Part shown: piece after piece, positions 25,931 to 36,301 of the stretch
Layout: every line of letters starts with the position of its first letter
Numbering within the stretch: position 1 is the first letter of the stretch
IMG/VR virus record: IMGVR_UViG_3300042935_000583
Coordinates: 1 to 44,029 of that record
Direction: 5' to 3' (one strand)
Length of the DNA stretch: 44,029 nt
Source: a virus
Taxonomy: Duplodnaviria > Caudoviricetes
Notes under the pieces: generated by a model
What the model saw: the letters and a program-made list of their open reading frames with translations, nothing else
Told to the model about the DNA's origin: nothing
Database searches by the model: none
Translations under genes and position numbers: made by a program

Positions 25931-28900
25931 ATGGCGGAACAAGTTCCAAATGTTATAGGAAGTTTACAAAATAAATTAAACAATCAATCGTTTAATCCTG
26001 GAGAATATTCGAACGAACAGTTACAAGTTATTGATGGTCTTTTAGAACAAGGAGTTCTTAAAGGTCCTAGAATGGGAGAGATTGTAAAAACCTTTTCAGA
26101 AACACAAAGAACAATAGCAAAAGAAAAAGAATTTGCAAAAGATCCATTAGCAGTTGCATTAGAAGGTAAGTCAGTATTTAAAGGTGATGTAACGGGATTA
26201 ATTCCAACTAGACCTGGTGCAGAGTTTGTTGGAGATATAACAGGATCTTTAATACCTTATATTAGAAATAAAGATTTATTGGTCAACTCTTTAAGCAAAC
26301 CTAACTCAGCACAAGGAACATTATTTACAAAAGGTGCTTTAGAATTAGCAGACTACATAGAAAAAATTCCAGGATTAGGAAAAAAATTAAAATTTACAAG
26401 AAGTGTTTTAGGTTCTGTTGGTAGAGCTACCGATGCAGTTGTAAGTGGAAGATATCAACAACTAGCTAAAACAGAAATACAATCATTAGCTGGAGGAGTA
26501 TTAGGAGCTGGAGCTGGAGTTCAAGCATATGATCTTGTTAATAAATCTGTGGGTAAAGATATAGCAATAGCAATTCAAAGTGATTTAGCAGATTTAAAAC
26601 CACAAGAAGTTGAAAGCGATACTACGTTAGCTACTGTTGAGGCAATGAAAAATTCTTTATTTTGGGGTGGAGTAGGAACTGCAATGTTACCAGTATTAGG
26701 TATGGCTGGTAGAGGAGTTAAAAATTTATTTGGAGTTAAAGGACCTAAGGCTTTAGAGTTAGCACAATACGCTCAAGAAAAAGGATTACCTATACCTTTA
26801 ATTGCTGGAATGGATAAAGGCCCTTTTTCTTTTTTTGGTAAAACATTTTTTAAAACTGTAGGGGTATTTCCATTTGTATCTAAAATTGGAGATCAAGCAT
26901 TAAGAGAAGCTGAGGAAAAAGTAGGTAAAGCTTTTTTAGAAGATTTAATGGTTGGAGCACCTATAATGAAAACAAGTGCTTTATCTGTTGCAAGTTTAGC
27001 TCAGTTTAAAAATAATTTTGAAAAACATGCTAATTTAATTAGCGCAAACTATACAGCTTTATTTAATAAGGCAGAAGACGTAGGTAATCCTGCTGTTATA
27101 AAATTAAACAAAACAAAAGAAGTTACAACAGATTTTATTAATGAACATAAAAAACTATTACCTAATATAGATGGTTTAGGTGGAAACTATGCTCCAGTAA
27201 GAAAAGGTGTATTTGAATTATCAGAACAGGTTGATCCACTGTATCAATTAATAGATGCTATTCAAGGCACTTCTTTAAAACCTTTTACATTTAAAGAATA
27301 TGCTGGTCTTCAAAGATTATTAACAAAATCAATACAACAAACAAAATACTTTGATGTTAGAAAAAGTTTATTTTCATTAAGAGAAGCTTTAGAAAATGAT
27401 TTAACAGAATCATTTGGAAAATTAAATAAAACATCTTTATTGGACGATGCTTCAGTAAAAACAAGTTATGATGCTACTTTAAGAACAAGTGGTCAACAAG
27501 CAGCAGATGCTTACTTAGATAAAGTATTATTAGATGCTCAATCATTAAATGCTGGATTAAAAGAAGCAAATACAATATTTAGTAAAACTTTAGCTTTCTA
27601 TGACAAAAGCGTAGCAAGATCATTGGCTCAAGGATTTGATAAAACTTTATTTACTAATAAACAATTAAATGGAATTACAGGTATAGAGGCAATAAGCCCT
27701 ACTAGACTATTTGATGTTATTGAAAAAAATGTATTTAAGTCAGGAGACACCGATGCTGTTGAACAATTAAAAGTATTGTATGGATATAATACAAGTAAAG
27801 AAGGTAAACAAATGTTTGATAGAGCATTTAATAGATATATGTACAATGCTTTTATATCTTCTTTTGGTGCTAAATCATTTACTCCTAATGGTGTTTTTGA
27901 ATTTGTAGAAAATGCAATAACAAAATCTCCTAAATCAACAGATGCAACTGATGTAATTAGAAAACTAGGACAAGAAGATTTTGCCGCAGCTAGAGGTTTT
28001 ACGGTTAAAGATGCATTAGATAATAAGGGAAATGAAGTTATTGATATTACTTTTGGTAAAGATGATTTTGCAGAATTTAGTGCAAATAAATTTATTCAAA
28101 ATCTTGGTCAATTTGGTAATCCCAAAACAGTTCAAGAATCTAGAAGAATGTTAGCTACTGCATACGGTGGAGGAAAACAAGGAGCAGAGGCTTTAAATAA
28201 TTTAGAAAGATTTATTAAGTATACAAAAGCATTAGAGGATGTTCCTATATCTGAGACTTCTTCTTTCTTACAAAGAAGATTAACACTTGGAGGAAGCTCA
28301 GCAATACTGGGAGGTTTTGTATTAGGGGGTGGTGGTCTTGCTACTGGTAATATATTTGCCCCATTGGTATTTTTATATTTATCAACAAGAGCTGGTAAAA
28401 TATTGTCAGATCCTACATCTTTAAGATACATGATGGATGTATTGTCTCCTGAAGAAAGAGTTGCAAGAGCTGCAGGAGAAGTTGGAACTAAAAAAGTTTT
28501 AGGTGTTCCTGTAACAACAGGAGAAACAAGAGCTAGAGCATTTGCTAGATTTGCAAATTATTTGGCTGATGAAGAACAAGATTTACCAAAAGTAGATCCT
28601 AAGAATATTAAACCAGAAGAGATTATTCAAAGATTACAAAACACTCCTACAAGAGTTCCTAAACAAGGATTTAAATATTCTGATTTACCTAAATCAGAAA
28701 AAGAAAGAATGTTTCCTGAAATGGAAGTTAGAAACTATGCTCCACCAGCATATAATTTAGAAGCAGATACATTTAGAAATTCTTACGTACAAGGTAATAC
28801 AAGAGCATTAACAGCTTTAAATCAGGATTATGGAGTAGGTGCTCCAGCTGCAACAGCAGTAGCAGAAGAAGAACAGACACAACAAACAGCAAGTAATGCG

Positions 28901-29029
28901 TTACAACCACCTAGAATACAACCTTTAACAACACCTCAGGCAGCACAACAACCTGAAGCAAGAGAACAACAAGTAAAGAACTTGTTTCCGTTTGATACTT
29001 TAAGTCAACAAATAGCTAGACAAGGATAA
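25931..29029 (+). CDS. Very large internal virion/ejection protein
   Basis: 1032 aa, helical, with TM-like segments; C-terminal LFPFD motif; last gene of the ejection cluster. Confidence 0.6.
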   Translation: MAEQVPNVIGSLQNKLNNQSFNPGEYSNEQLQVIDGLLEQGVLKGPRMGEIVKTFSETQRTIAKEKEFAKDPLAVALEGKSVFKGDVTGLIPTRPGAEFVGDITGSLIPYIRNKDLLVNSLSKPNSAQGTLFTKGALELADYIEKIPGLGKKLKFTRSVLGSVGRATDAVVSGRYQQLAKTEIQSLAGGVLGAGAGVQAYDLVNKSVGKDIAIAIQSDLADLKPQEVESDTTLATVEAMKNSLFWGGVGTAMLPVLGMAGRGVKNLFGVKGPKALELAQYAQEKGLPIPLIAGMDKGPFSFFGKTFFKTVGVFPFVSKIGDQALREAEEKVGKAFLEDLMVGAPIMKTSALSVASLAQFKNNFEKHANLISANYTALFNKAEDVGNPAVIKLNKTKEVTTDFINEHKKLLPNIDGLGGNYAPVRKGVFELSEQVDPLYQLIDAIQGTSLKPFTFKEYAGLQRLLTKSIQQTKYFDVRKSLFSLREALENDLTESFGKLNKTSLLDDASVKTSYDATLRTSGQQAADAYLDKVLLDAQSLNAGLKEANTIFSKTLAFYDKSVARSLAQGFDKTLFTNKQLNGITGIEAISPTRLFDVIEKNVFKSGDTDAVEQLKVLYGYNTSKEGKQMFDRAFNRYMYNAFISSFGAKSFTPNGVFEFVENAITKSPKSTDATDVIRKLGQEDFAAARGFTVKDALDNKGNEVIDITFGKDDFAEFSANKFIQNLGQFGNPKTVQESRRMLATAYGGGKQGAEALNNLERFIKYTKALEDVPISETSSFLQRRLTLGGSSAILGGFVLGGGGLATGNIFAPLVFLYLSTRAGKILSDPTSLRYMMDVLSPEERVARAAGEVGTKKVLGVPVTTGETRARAFARFANYLADEEQDLPKVDPKNIKPEEIIQRLQNTPTRVPKQGFKYSDLPKSEKERMFPEMEVRNYAPPAYNLEADTFRNSYVQGNTRALTALNQDYGVGAPAATAVAEEEQTQQTASNALQPPRIQPLTTPQAAQQPEAREQQVKNLFPFDTLSQQIARQG

Positions 29030-29030
29030 T

Positions 29031-29177
29031 ATGTATTGTAAAAATTGTGGACATGGTAATCACTGTGGAGAAAGATTAATAGAAGATATTGATGATGTTA
29101 AAGTAGAAATATGTAAAAATTGTCAATGCAATGAATGCAGAGACTTTACACCAAAAGATGAAGATGATGACTCCTAA
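29031..29177 (+). CDS. 48-aa Cys/His-rich microprotein (not in ORF track)
   Basis: MYCKNCGHGNHCGE...ICKNCQCNECRDF; AAGGA RBS. Confidence 0.6.
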   Translation: MYCKNCGHGNHCGERLIEDIDDVKVEICKNCQCNECRDFTPKDEDDDS

Positions 29178-29391
29178 AACAGTAAGAGAAAACATTATTA
29201 GTATTCAAGGTCACATCACAGGTGTGAAAAAAGATATAGACTCTATTAAAAATAATCATTTAAAACATTTACATGATGACGTAATGAGTATTCATGGAAA
29301 GTTAGATAAATATGTAAATGCTTTCATAGGTTTCTTAGTTGCTGTAGTTTTGTTACTTTTAGGTGCAATTATCAAACATTTTCTTTCATAA
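29164..29391 (+). CDS. Small protein with C-terminal TM helix (holin-like?)
   Basis: IKNNHLKHL followed by AFIGFLVAVVLLLLGAII; start probably 29164/29167 rather than 29131. Confidence 0.55.
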   Translation: MMTPKTVRENIISIQGHITGVKKDIDSIKNNHLKHLHDDVMSIHGKLDKYVNAFIGFLVAVVLLLLGAIIKHFLS

Positions 29392-29453
29392 ACGCACGTA
29401 TACGCACGAAATCGATCCTTGACGACCTGTGGTACCTCCTATAAAAACTAGTA

Positions 29454-30170
29454 ATGAAGTTTATTGAAGATAATAATAAATCAATCCTTGGAGACTTTTC
29501 TTGGGATAAAAAATACCCATACAAGAAATACGAACGAGCAACAACGGACAAGGGACAACGGACCTATGATGTTGAAGGTAAAAAAATTCCTAGTGTAACA
29601 ACTATACTATCAGCTACTAAACCAAAAGAATCTCAAGAGTCTTTACAGAAATGGAGAGACAGAGTTGGCGCTGAAGAAGCAAGAAAGATAACACAAGCTG
29701 CTGCATTAAGAGGAACTGAAATGCATTATGTTATTGAACAATACATGAATGGTGTTGGTTATTTAAACTTAACTCCTCAGGGCGACTTATCAAGAAGGAT
29801 GGCACATGTAATAATAAAAAACTTAGAACCTTTAAAAGTTATATACGGTAACGAGGTGTCTTTAGCTTATAAAGACTTGTATGCTGGAGCAACTGATTTA
29901 GTTGGAGAGCATTCTGGTGAGCCCACAATAATAGATTTTAAACAAGCAAATAAACCTAAAAAAGCAGAATGGATAGATGATTACTTTTATCAAATAGCTG
30001 CTTATGCATTAGCGCATGAAGATAACTTTGGACCAATTAACAAAGGAGTTATTTGTGTATGTACTAAAGATTTATATTATCAACAATTTGATATGGATAA
30101 ATCAATGTTAGATGAATACAAAGATAAGTGGTTAAAAAAAGTAGAGCAATACTTTAAATCCAATTCTTAA
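29454..30170 (+). CDS. PD-(D/E)xK exonuclease
   Basis: PSVTTIL, RGTEMH, YAGATDLV, IIDFKQ, QIAAYA. Confidence 0.85.
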   Translation: MKFIEDNNKSILGDFSWDKKYPYKKYERATTDKGQRTYDVEGKKIPSVTTILSATKPKESQESLQKWRDRVGAEEARKITQAAALRGTEMHYVIEQYMNGVGYLNLTPQGDLSRRMAHVIIKNLEPLKVIYGNEVSLAYKDLYAGATDLVGEHSGEPTIIDFKQANKPKKAEWIDDYFYQIAAYALAHEDNFGPINKGVICVCTKDLYYQQFDMDKSMLDEYKDKWLKKVEQYFKSNS

Positions 30171-31563
30171 CGTTCTCACCTAAAGTTTTATTAGATATCT
30201 GTAATTTGTTTTGTAATGCTTTCATAATATGAAAGTCTACTGTGTCTTTAGCAACAATATCAATATAAGTAACGTTTTTGTTTTGTCCTATACGATGAGC
30301 TCTATCTTCTGATTGTATTCTAATTTCATAATTATAATTATTAGAAAAATATATTACATAGCTTGCGGCGGTTAGAGTTAATCCGAAACCACCTGTACTT
30401 GGATTGCCTACAAAAAATTTACATTCAGGATCGTTTTGAAATCTATGCACTGCTTCTTTTCTTTTAACAGCATCTACATCTCCATAAATATTAACAACTG
30501 AGTTTTTTCCATATAGTTCTATTAACTTAGCAGTAATAGATTCTATATTGTGAACGTAGTTAGCCCAGATAATAGCTTTTCCTTCTATTTGTTCTAAAAT
30601 ATTTAATAACTCATCCATCTTAGGATTTTCTTCAAATTCTTTTATGTTACCTTCATCAGTTTTTAAAAAACCATTTGTGATCTGATGGAGTCTTAATAGT
30701 TCTACAAGCTTAACTGTAAAGCTAACTGATTCATCTTGCATAATGGCAATAGCTTTTTCTTTTAAATTATTATAGACACTTCTTTGTTCTGTAGTTAATT
30801 GAATTGTTCTTAACTGTTTAATTTTTTCAGGAAGATCTAAACACTCATCTTTTCTTACTCTGTAAGAGAATGTTCTTAATTTAGAATTTAATTCATCTAG
30901 ATTTACATAATACTTAGGAATATGAATATATCTTTGATTACCTACATGAACTGCGTCCATAACAGCATACCTAGCCCTAAAACTATAGAAACTAGAAAAA
31001 CCTAATAACTCTGGACTTAAGAAAGCACATTGAGTATATAAATCTAATGGAGATTTTGTTACTGGTGATCCTGTTAATATCCGCTTGTACAGGGCTAATT
31101 GCGATAATTTTAAAATGTTTTTGGTTCTTGATGCTCCTTGGTTTTTTATTGATGTACTTTCATCTATAATAAAAATACTTTTAAGATTCTTAGTTAAAAT
31201 TTCTTTAACGAATAATACACCACTTTTATGTGATAGAGCCTCTGTGTTGATTAAATAAACTTTTAAGTTTTTAGTATCAATATCTTTTTTAGATTTATTC
31301 CAGGAGTAAATAGAATAAGGTATTTCATCAGATAAGTGATTCGCAATTTCATCTTCCCAGTTTAAATAAACCGATTTAGGAGCTACTATTATAGCTGTAT
31401 CTATTAAATTTTGTTGATTTAAAATACCAATATTATCTATGGCAACTTTAGTTTTGCCGGTACCCATTTCCATAAACCAAGCATATTCTTTTTTATTCCA
31501 AGACTGTTGCAAGGCTGTAATTTGGTGTTCGTATGGTTTCGTCTTAAACTTGTATTTGATCAT
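30154..31563 (-). CDS. SNF2-family helicase
   Basis: MEMGTGKT (Walker A), IIDEST, LTGSP, QSEDRAHRIGQ. Confidence 0.9.
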   Translation of the reverse strand: MIKYKFKTKPYEHQITALQQSWNKKEYAWFMEMGTGKTKVAIDNIGILNQQNLIDTAIIVAPKSVYLNWEDEIANHLSDEIPYSIYSWNKSKKDIDTKNLKVYLINTEALSHKSGVLFVKEILTKNLKSIFIIDESTSIKNQGASRTKNILKLSQLALYKRILTGSPVTKSPLDLYTQCAFLSPELLGFSSFYSFRARYAVMDAVHVGNQRYIHIPKYYVNLDELNSKLRTFSYRVRKDECLDLPEKIKQLRTIQLTTEQRSVYNNLKEKAIAIMQDESVSFTVKLVELLRLHQITNGFLKTDEGNIKEFEENPKMDELLNILEQIEGKAIIWANYVHNIESITAKLIELYGKNSVVNIYGDVDAVKRKEAVHRFQNDPECKFFVGNPSTGGFGLTLTAASYVIYFSNNYNYEIRIQSEDRAHRIGQNKNVTYIDIVAKDTVDFHIMKALQNKLQISNKTLGENVKNWI

Positions 31564-31641
31564 TGTTAATTATTAATTTTTTATTTGACATCTTTTATAA
31601 GATAATTTAAACAACATTACAAACAAAAAAAGGAGGTCTTT

Positions 31642-32187
31642 ATGGATCTTGAAAAATTGTCTTCATCAATAGATGTAGACAGTAGTAAAGTTAAGGATAT
31701 ATCCGTAGCTTGCACAAGGTTATTAGATGTTCAGAAACAAATAGCAGATATCGAGAATCAATTAAAAACGGTTCAAGAACAGGAGCTTAAGTTATCTGAG
31801 CAGATAATACCTAATTTAATGCAAGAGATGGGTATTTCTTTATTAAAATTAGCAGATGGTTCAGCAGTAGAGGTAAAACCCTACTATGCTGCTAAGATCC
31901 CAACCGATAAAACCACTGAGGCATTTCAATGGCTCAGGGACAACGGACATGGTGATTTAATCAAAAATAATATAACTGTAACTTTTGGTAGATCTGAGGA
32001 TGATAAGGCTAAAGAACTTATTGACTTATTTCAACAAAAAGGACATAGTTATAAGCAAGCCGAAAAGGTTGAGCCGATGACTTTGAAAGCGTTTGTAAGA
32101 GAACAAATTCAAAATGGTCGTATGGTTCCTTCCGATATATTCGGTATATACGTTGCAAACAAAACAAAAATAACAAACAAGGAGTAA
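31642..32187 (+). CDS. Conserved replication-module protein
   Basis: AFQWLRDNGHGDLIKN...VEPMTLKAFVRE motif; AGGAGG RBS. Confidence 0.75.
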   Translation: MDLEKLSSSIDVDSSKVKDISVACTRLLDVQKQIADIENQLKTVQEQELKLSEQIIPNLMQEMGISLLKLADGSAVEVKPYYAAKIPTDKTTEAFQWLRDNGHGDLIKNNITVTFGRSEDDKAKELIDLFQQKGHSYKQAEKVEPMTLKAFVREQIQNGRMVPSDIFGIYVANKTKITNKE

Positions 32188-32190
32188 ATA

Positions 32191-33003
32191 ATGGTTGCAC
32201 AAGCACAAACACAAGTAAAAGCAGTAGTAAAGAAAAACGAAGCACCGCTACCTTCAGTTGACATTGCGTCACTGGAAAAGATGTCTGGAGCAGGATTAGA
32301 AAACATTGGATCACAAGATGTGGCCCTACCGTTTTTAAAAATCTTGAGCCAACTTTCCCCACAGGTAACTGCTGGTGATTCTAAATACATAGCTAACGCA
32401 AGACCTGGTATGATTTATAATACTGTGTCCGATCAATTATATGATGGACCTGCAGGTATTAGAGTTGTTCCATGTTTCTATAAGTTAGAATATCTAGAAT
32501 GGAGAGATAGAGGCAAGGAAGGTGCAGGAGCGCCTGTTGCTATCTATGATTCATCATCAGATATATTAACTAAAACTAAAAGAGGTCCAGATAAAAAGGA
32601 TCGTTTAGAAAACGGAAACTATATTGAGGAAACAGCTTCTCACTATGTTTTATTAGTTGATGAAAATGACCAACCAAAGGAGTCAGCTTTAATTACAATG
32701 AAAGCAACGCAGAGAAAAAAATCCAGAAAATGGAATTCTATGATGATGACTCAAAGAAGAAAAGGTGTGAAAGGTTTTTTTATGCCTCCAGCATTTTCTC
32801 AAATCTATGTTCTGAAAACTGTTTTAGAAAAAAATAGTTTAGGATCATGGTACGGTTGGGAGATTGAATGGAATAAAGATATTCCAAACAATACATTGCT
32901 TAATGCAGCGCAAGATTTTTACATGAGTTGTAAAAAAGGAGCAGTAAATGTTAAGCATGGTGAAGAAGAAGTTGAAGCAACTACTGAAGAAACTCCATTT
33001 TAA
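32191..33003 (+). CDS. Putative single-stranded DNA-binding protein
   Basis: PFLKILSQLSPQV...GSWYGW and an acidic tail ending EETPF. Confidence 0.65.
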   Translation: MVAQAQTQVKAVVKKNEAPLPSVDIASLEKMSGAGLENIGSQDVALPFLKILSQLSPQVTAGDSKYIANARPGMIYNTVSDQLYDGPAGIRVVPCFYKLEYLEWRDRGKEGAGAPVAIYDSSSDILTKTKRGPDKKDRLENGNYIEETASHYVLLVDENDQPKESALITMKATQRKKSRKWNSMMMTQRRKGVKGFFMPPAFSQIYVLKTVLEKNSLGSWYGWEIEWNKDIPNNTLLNAAQDFYMSCKKGAVNVKHGEEEVEATTEETPF

Positions 33004-33006
33004 TTT

Positions 33007-34671
33007 ATGGATTTCAGCAGGTTCCTAGAACTCTTCGATGGATCCAAGCGAAAGTACGGCATCTTCAAGCCTTCGGGCTTGAAGAGGTCGGATGGTAAAG
33101 TTGAAGGAGAATATAATTGGAAAGAATTTCCAGTAGATGGAAACGAACTTCCAATATTCACAGATCATATTGAGGGAAAAACTCCTATTGGTATAGTACC
33201 AACACGTCCAGATGGTTCATGTAGTTATGGATGTATTGATGTAGATAAAATTAAATCAGTTGAAGAAGCTAACGAAGTATTAGCAAAAATTAAATCGTGG
33301 AATTTACCATTTGTACCATTTAAATCTAAGTCTGGTGGCATACACGCATATTTATTTATAGATGGAAGTGTCTCAGCAAAAGAATTAAAAACAAGATTAA
33401 GAACATTATCTTTAAAATTAGGAAGACCTAAAAAAACAATAGATATTTTTCCAGTACAAACAAGATTATCAGAAGATGGAACAGGCAACATGTTAAACGT
33501 TCCTTATTTTAATGCAAAAGATACTGGGCCAGAAAGAAGATGGGCAATTAAAGATTATGACATGAATGATCTTTATACATTAGAAGAGTTTTTACAAATG
33601 CCTATTACAAAAATAACACCTGAAGAATTATTTAAAATAGGAAATAAATTTACATCTGATTATCCTCCATGCATGGATTATTACTTTGAGAACAATGTAG
33701 GAGAAGGAGAAAGAGATAAAGTTTTAATGCAGTATGGATGTGTTGCAAGGAAGATTCACGGAGAAGATGAAGAAAAGATAAGAAATGACATGCATGAATT
33801 TGTAGAAAAACATTTTCTATCTAAAGACGGTTTTAATAATAAAGAATTTGCTACAAAAGTATCTCAAGTAATGAAAAAGAAAGATGTGGTAGATCAAAAA
33901 GATGAAGAGGATATTTGGTTATATAAAAATAATTGTAGACAAATAGATGAGTTAGGTCACTGTGATCGTGTTGGCTGCAGAACTAGGAAGTATGGTTTAG
34001 TAGAAAAGATTGTAATGGTAACGGATTATAGAATGCTTAAAACAATGCCTAGAAGGCATTTACTTACAATGGTTAATGAACAAGGAGATGAGATTGTTGT
34101 ATCAATGACAACGGATCAATTGTGGACTCAGAATACAATAGCTAAAAGATGTTGGGAAGAAAACATACAGTGGACAATGCTTCCATCAGAGGAATTTCAA
34201 ACAATGAAGGATAATTGGTTTACTCAAATGAAGATAGTAGACAGCTATGATGAAGGTGAAGAAAAAATGTCAGAGTTTTTTTCAATACTTACTGCTTTCA
34301 TTGATGAGAGAAGAGGTGGTAATGACATAAGCCAAATAGAAATGGGCTATGTTTGGAAGGATGATAAAGAAAATGGAAGATACTTTTGGAATGTAACTTC
34401 ATTTAAAAATTATGCAAAACAAAAATATAACAAGGCATATGAAACAAGTCTTGGTGAAATTCTAGCTAAACTATGTGAAAAAGAAAAAAATAAATATCCA
34501 GATAAAAAAGATGCATGTAAAAGATTTATTCAATTACATAAGACATACCAAGAATATAAAGGCAGATGTTATTCAACACTTCAAACATTTAAAGTTATAC
34601 CAAGGGACAATAGTGAAAACATAGAAAGTTTTAAAAAAGAAATGAAATCAAATGAATTTACCGCAAACTAA
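33007..34671 (+). CDS. Archaeo-eukaryotic (AEP) type primase
   Basis: GCIDVD (DxD), SKSGGIHAY (motif II), GNMLNVPY; PPC and a Cys cluster in the C-terminal half. Confidence 0.75.
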   Translation: MDFSRFLELFDGSKRKYGIFKPSGLKRSDGKVEGEYNWKEFPVDGNELPIFTDHIEGKTPIGIVPTRPDGSCSYGCIDVDKIKSVEEANEVLAKIKSWNLPFVPFKSKSGGIHAYLFIDGSVSAKELKTRLRTLSLKLGRPKKTIDIFPVQTRLSEDGTGNMLNVPYFNAKDTGPERRWAIKDYDMNDLYTLEEFLQMPITKITPEELFKIGNKFTSDYPPCMDYYFENNVGEGERDKVLMQYGCVARKIHGEDEEKIRNDMHEFVEKHFLSKDGFNNKEFATKVSQVMKKKDVVDQKDEEDIWLYKNNCRQIDELGHCDRVGCRTRKYGLVEKIVMVTDYRMLKTMPRRHLLTMVNEQGDEIVVSMTTDQLWTQNTIAKRCWEENIQWTMLPSEEFQTMKDNWFTQMKIVDSYDEGEEKMSEFFSILTAFIDERRGGNDISQIEMGYVWKDDKENGRYFWNVTSFKNYAKQKYNKAYETSLGEILAKLCEKEKNKYPDKKDACKRFIQLHKTYQEYKGRCYSTLQTFKVIPRDNSENIESFKKEMKSNEFTAN

Positions 34672-36301
34672 AATTAGAAATGCAGCAGATAGTATAAGGG
34701 AAAACCCTGAAATACTTAAAGCTATTGCTAAAAAAACAATTAAAATATTTGGTCCTCCTGGCACAGGAAAAACGCATAGTTTATTAGATATAGTTGAAAA
34801 AGGTATTTCAAGAAAACATATGGTGCCTGATTACATTGGTTTTTGTTCTTATACTGTAAAAGCTGCAAGAGAAGGAATGGAAAGGGTGCTTAAAAAGTTT
34901 AAGGGTACATACAGAGAAGATTCTTTTTCATTGTTTAAAACAATTCATTCAATGTGTTTATCAAGAACGAGGGATGCAGCATTAGAAATAATAGATGAAA
35001 GAAAACATATTCCTGCTTTTAGTTATTTAGAACGAGGAGAAAAAATTAAATTAGAGGTTGGAAAAGATGATGACGGAAAATTAGTAATTAAGAACTATCC
35101 TATTCAATTATATGAGAAAGCTAGGAACTGTAAGATAACTTTAAAAGAAGCTTACGACAGTGATAGTTCAGAAGGAAAAACAAAAGATTGGCGTAATTTA
35201 GTAGACATAGTTAATAATTGGATAAAGTTTAAAGAAGGTTTTTTTATGGACTTTACTGATATGGTGGAAAACTTTTTAATTAATGACCATTCTTTTGAAA
35301 CAGATTATTTTATTGTAGATGAAGCGCAGGACTTAACTCCATTACAATGGGACTTTGTATATTTAATGGCAGCTAAAGCTAAAAAAGTTTATATAGCTGG
35401 AGATGATGACCAGGCTATACATGAATGGAATGGAGCTAGTGTAGAAGAATTTTTAAAGTTTCCAGGCAGATCTATTGTTTTAAGGCAATCAAGAAGATTA
35501 CCAGAAGAGATACTAAAATTTGCAGTAAATATTATTAAAAACGTAGTTAATAGAAAGAAGAAACAATATTATCCTTCAGCACACAAAGGATATGTAAGTA
35601 CAGATAATTTTAAATTAAGTCATATTAAATTTAAAGATTATCCTAAGGATACTTGGATGATATTAACAAGAACTAAAAATGAATTAGTTGATGTTAGAAA
35701 CACAGCTAGAGATATGGGATTACATTTTAAAAATGCAAAGGGGTTAGGATCGGTAAATCCAACTGATTGGAAGTGTATTGCTTTATGGAATAAATTAATG
35801 GAAGACGGTTACCTTAATAAAGAAGAAGTTACTTTTTTATATAAATATATAACTAATATTGAACATGGTTGGAGAACCATGACATCAAAGAAATGGAAAT
35901 CAATTAAGGAAGATCATTTTAATTATAAATTATTAAATGAGAGATGTGGTTTAATACAGAACAAGGGATCATGGACAACGGCCCTAGAAATTAAAGTGAC
36001 AGATATAAATTATATACAAAGATTAATAGAAAAAGGCATTGATTATACCACTAAACCATTGATTATTATAGATAAAATACATCAAGTAAAAGGTGGCGAA
36101 GCTGACCATGTGGTTGTTTTTGAAGCCTGTCCAAAGATATGCACTTTAAGAGATAAGACACAAAAAGATAGAGACTCGGAGTTAAGAGTATGGTACGTAG
36201 CAGTAACAAGAGCTAAGAAAGGTTTAAACATCATTAAATTTAGCAAACCTTACGGGCATTATATGCCATTAGCTGCATTAGGATATGGACATGGAATATG
36301 A
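34652..36301 (+). CDS. UvrD/Rep-like SF1 helicase
   Basis: GPPGTGKT, VDEAQD, GDDDQAI, HQVKGGE, YVAVTRAK. Confidence 0.9.
   Translation: MNLPQTKIRNAADSIRENPEILKAIAKKTIKIFGPPGTGKTHSLLDIVEKGISRKHMVPDYIGFCSYTVKAAREGMERVLKKFKGTYREDSFSLFKTIHSMCLSRTRDAALEIIDERKHIPAFSYLERGEKIKLEVGKDDDGKLVIKNYPIQLYEKARNCKITLKEAYDSDSSEGKTKDWRNLVDIVNNWIKFKEGFFMDFTDMVENFLINDHSFETDYFIVDEAQDLTPLQWDFVYLMAAKAKKVYIAGDDDQAIHEWNGASVEEFLKFPGRSIVLRQSRRLPEEILKFAVNIIKNVVNRKKKQYYPSAHKGYVSTDNFKLSHIKFKDYPKDTWMILTRTKNELVDVRNTARDMGLHFKNAKGLGSVNPTDWKCIALWNKLMEDGYLNKEEVTFLYKYITNIEHGWRTMTSKKWKSIKEDHFNYKLLNERCGLIQNKGSWTTALEIKVTDINYIQRLIEKGIDYTTKPLIIIDKIHQVKGGEADHVVVFEACPKICTLRDKTQKDRDSELRVWYVAVTRAKKGLNIIKFSKPYGHYMPLAALGYGHGI

Noticed and set aside
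30154-31563. Inverted SNF2 helicase as a mobile insertion
   Set aside because: No terminal repeats or transposase, and its composition matches the neighbours; it is probably the native arrangement.
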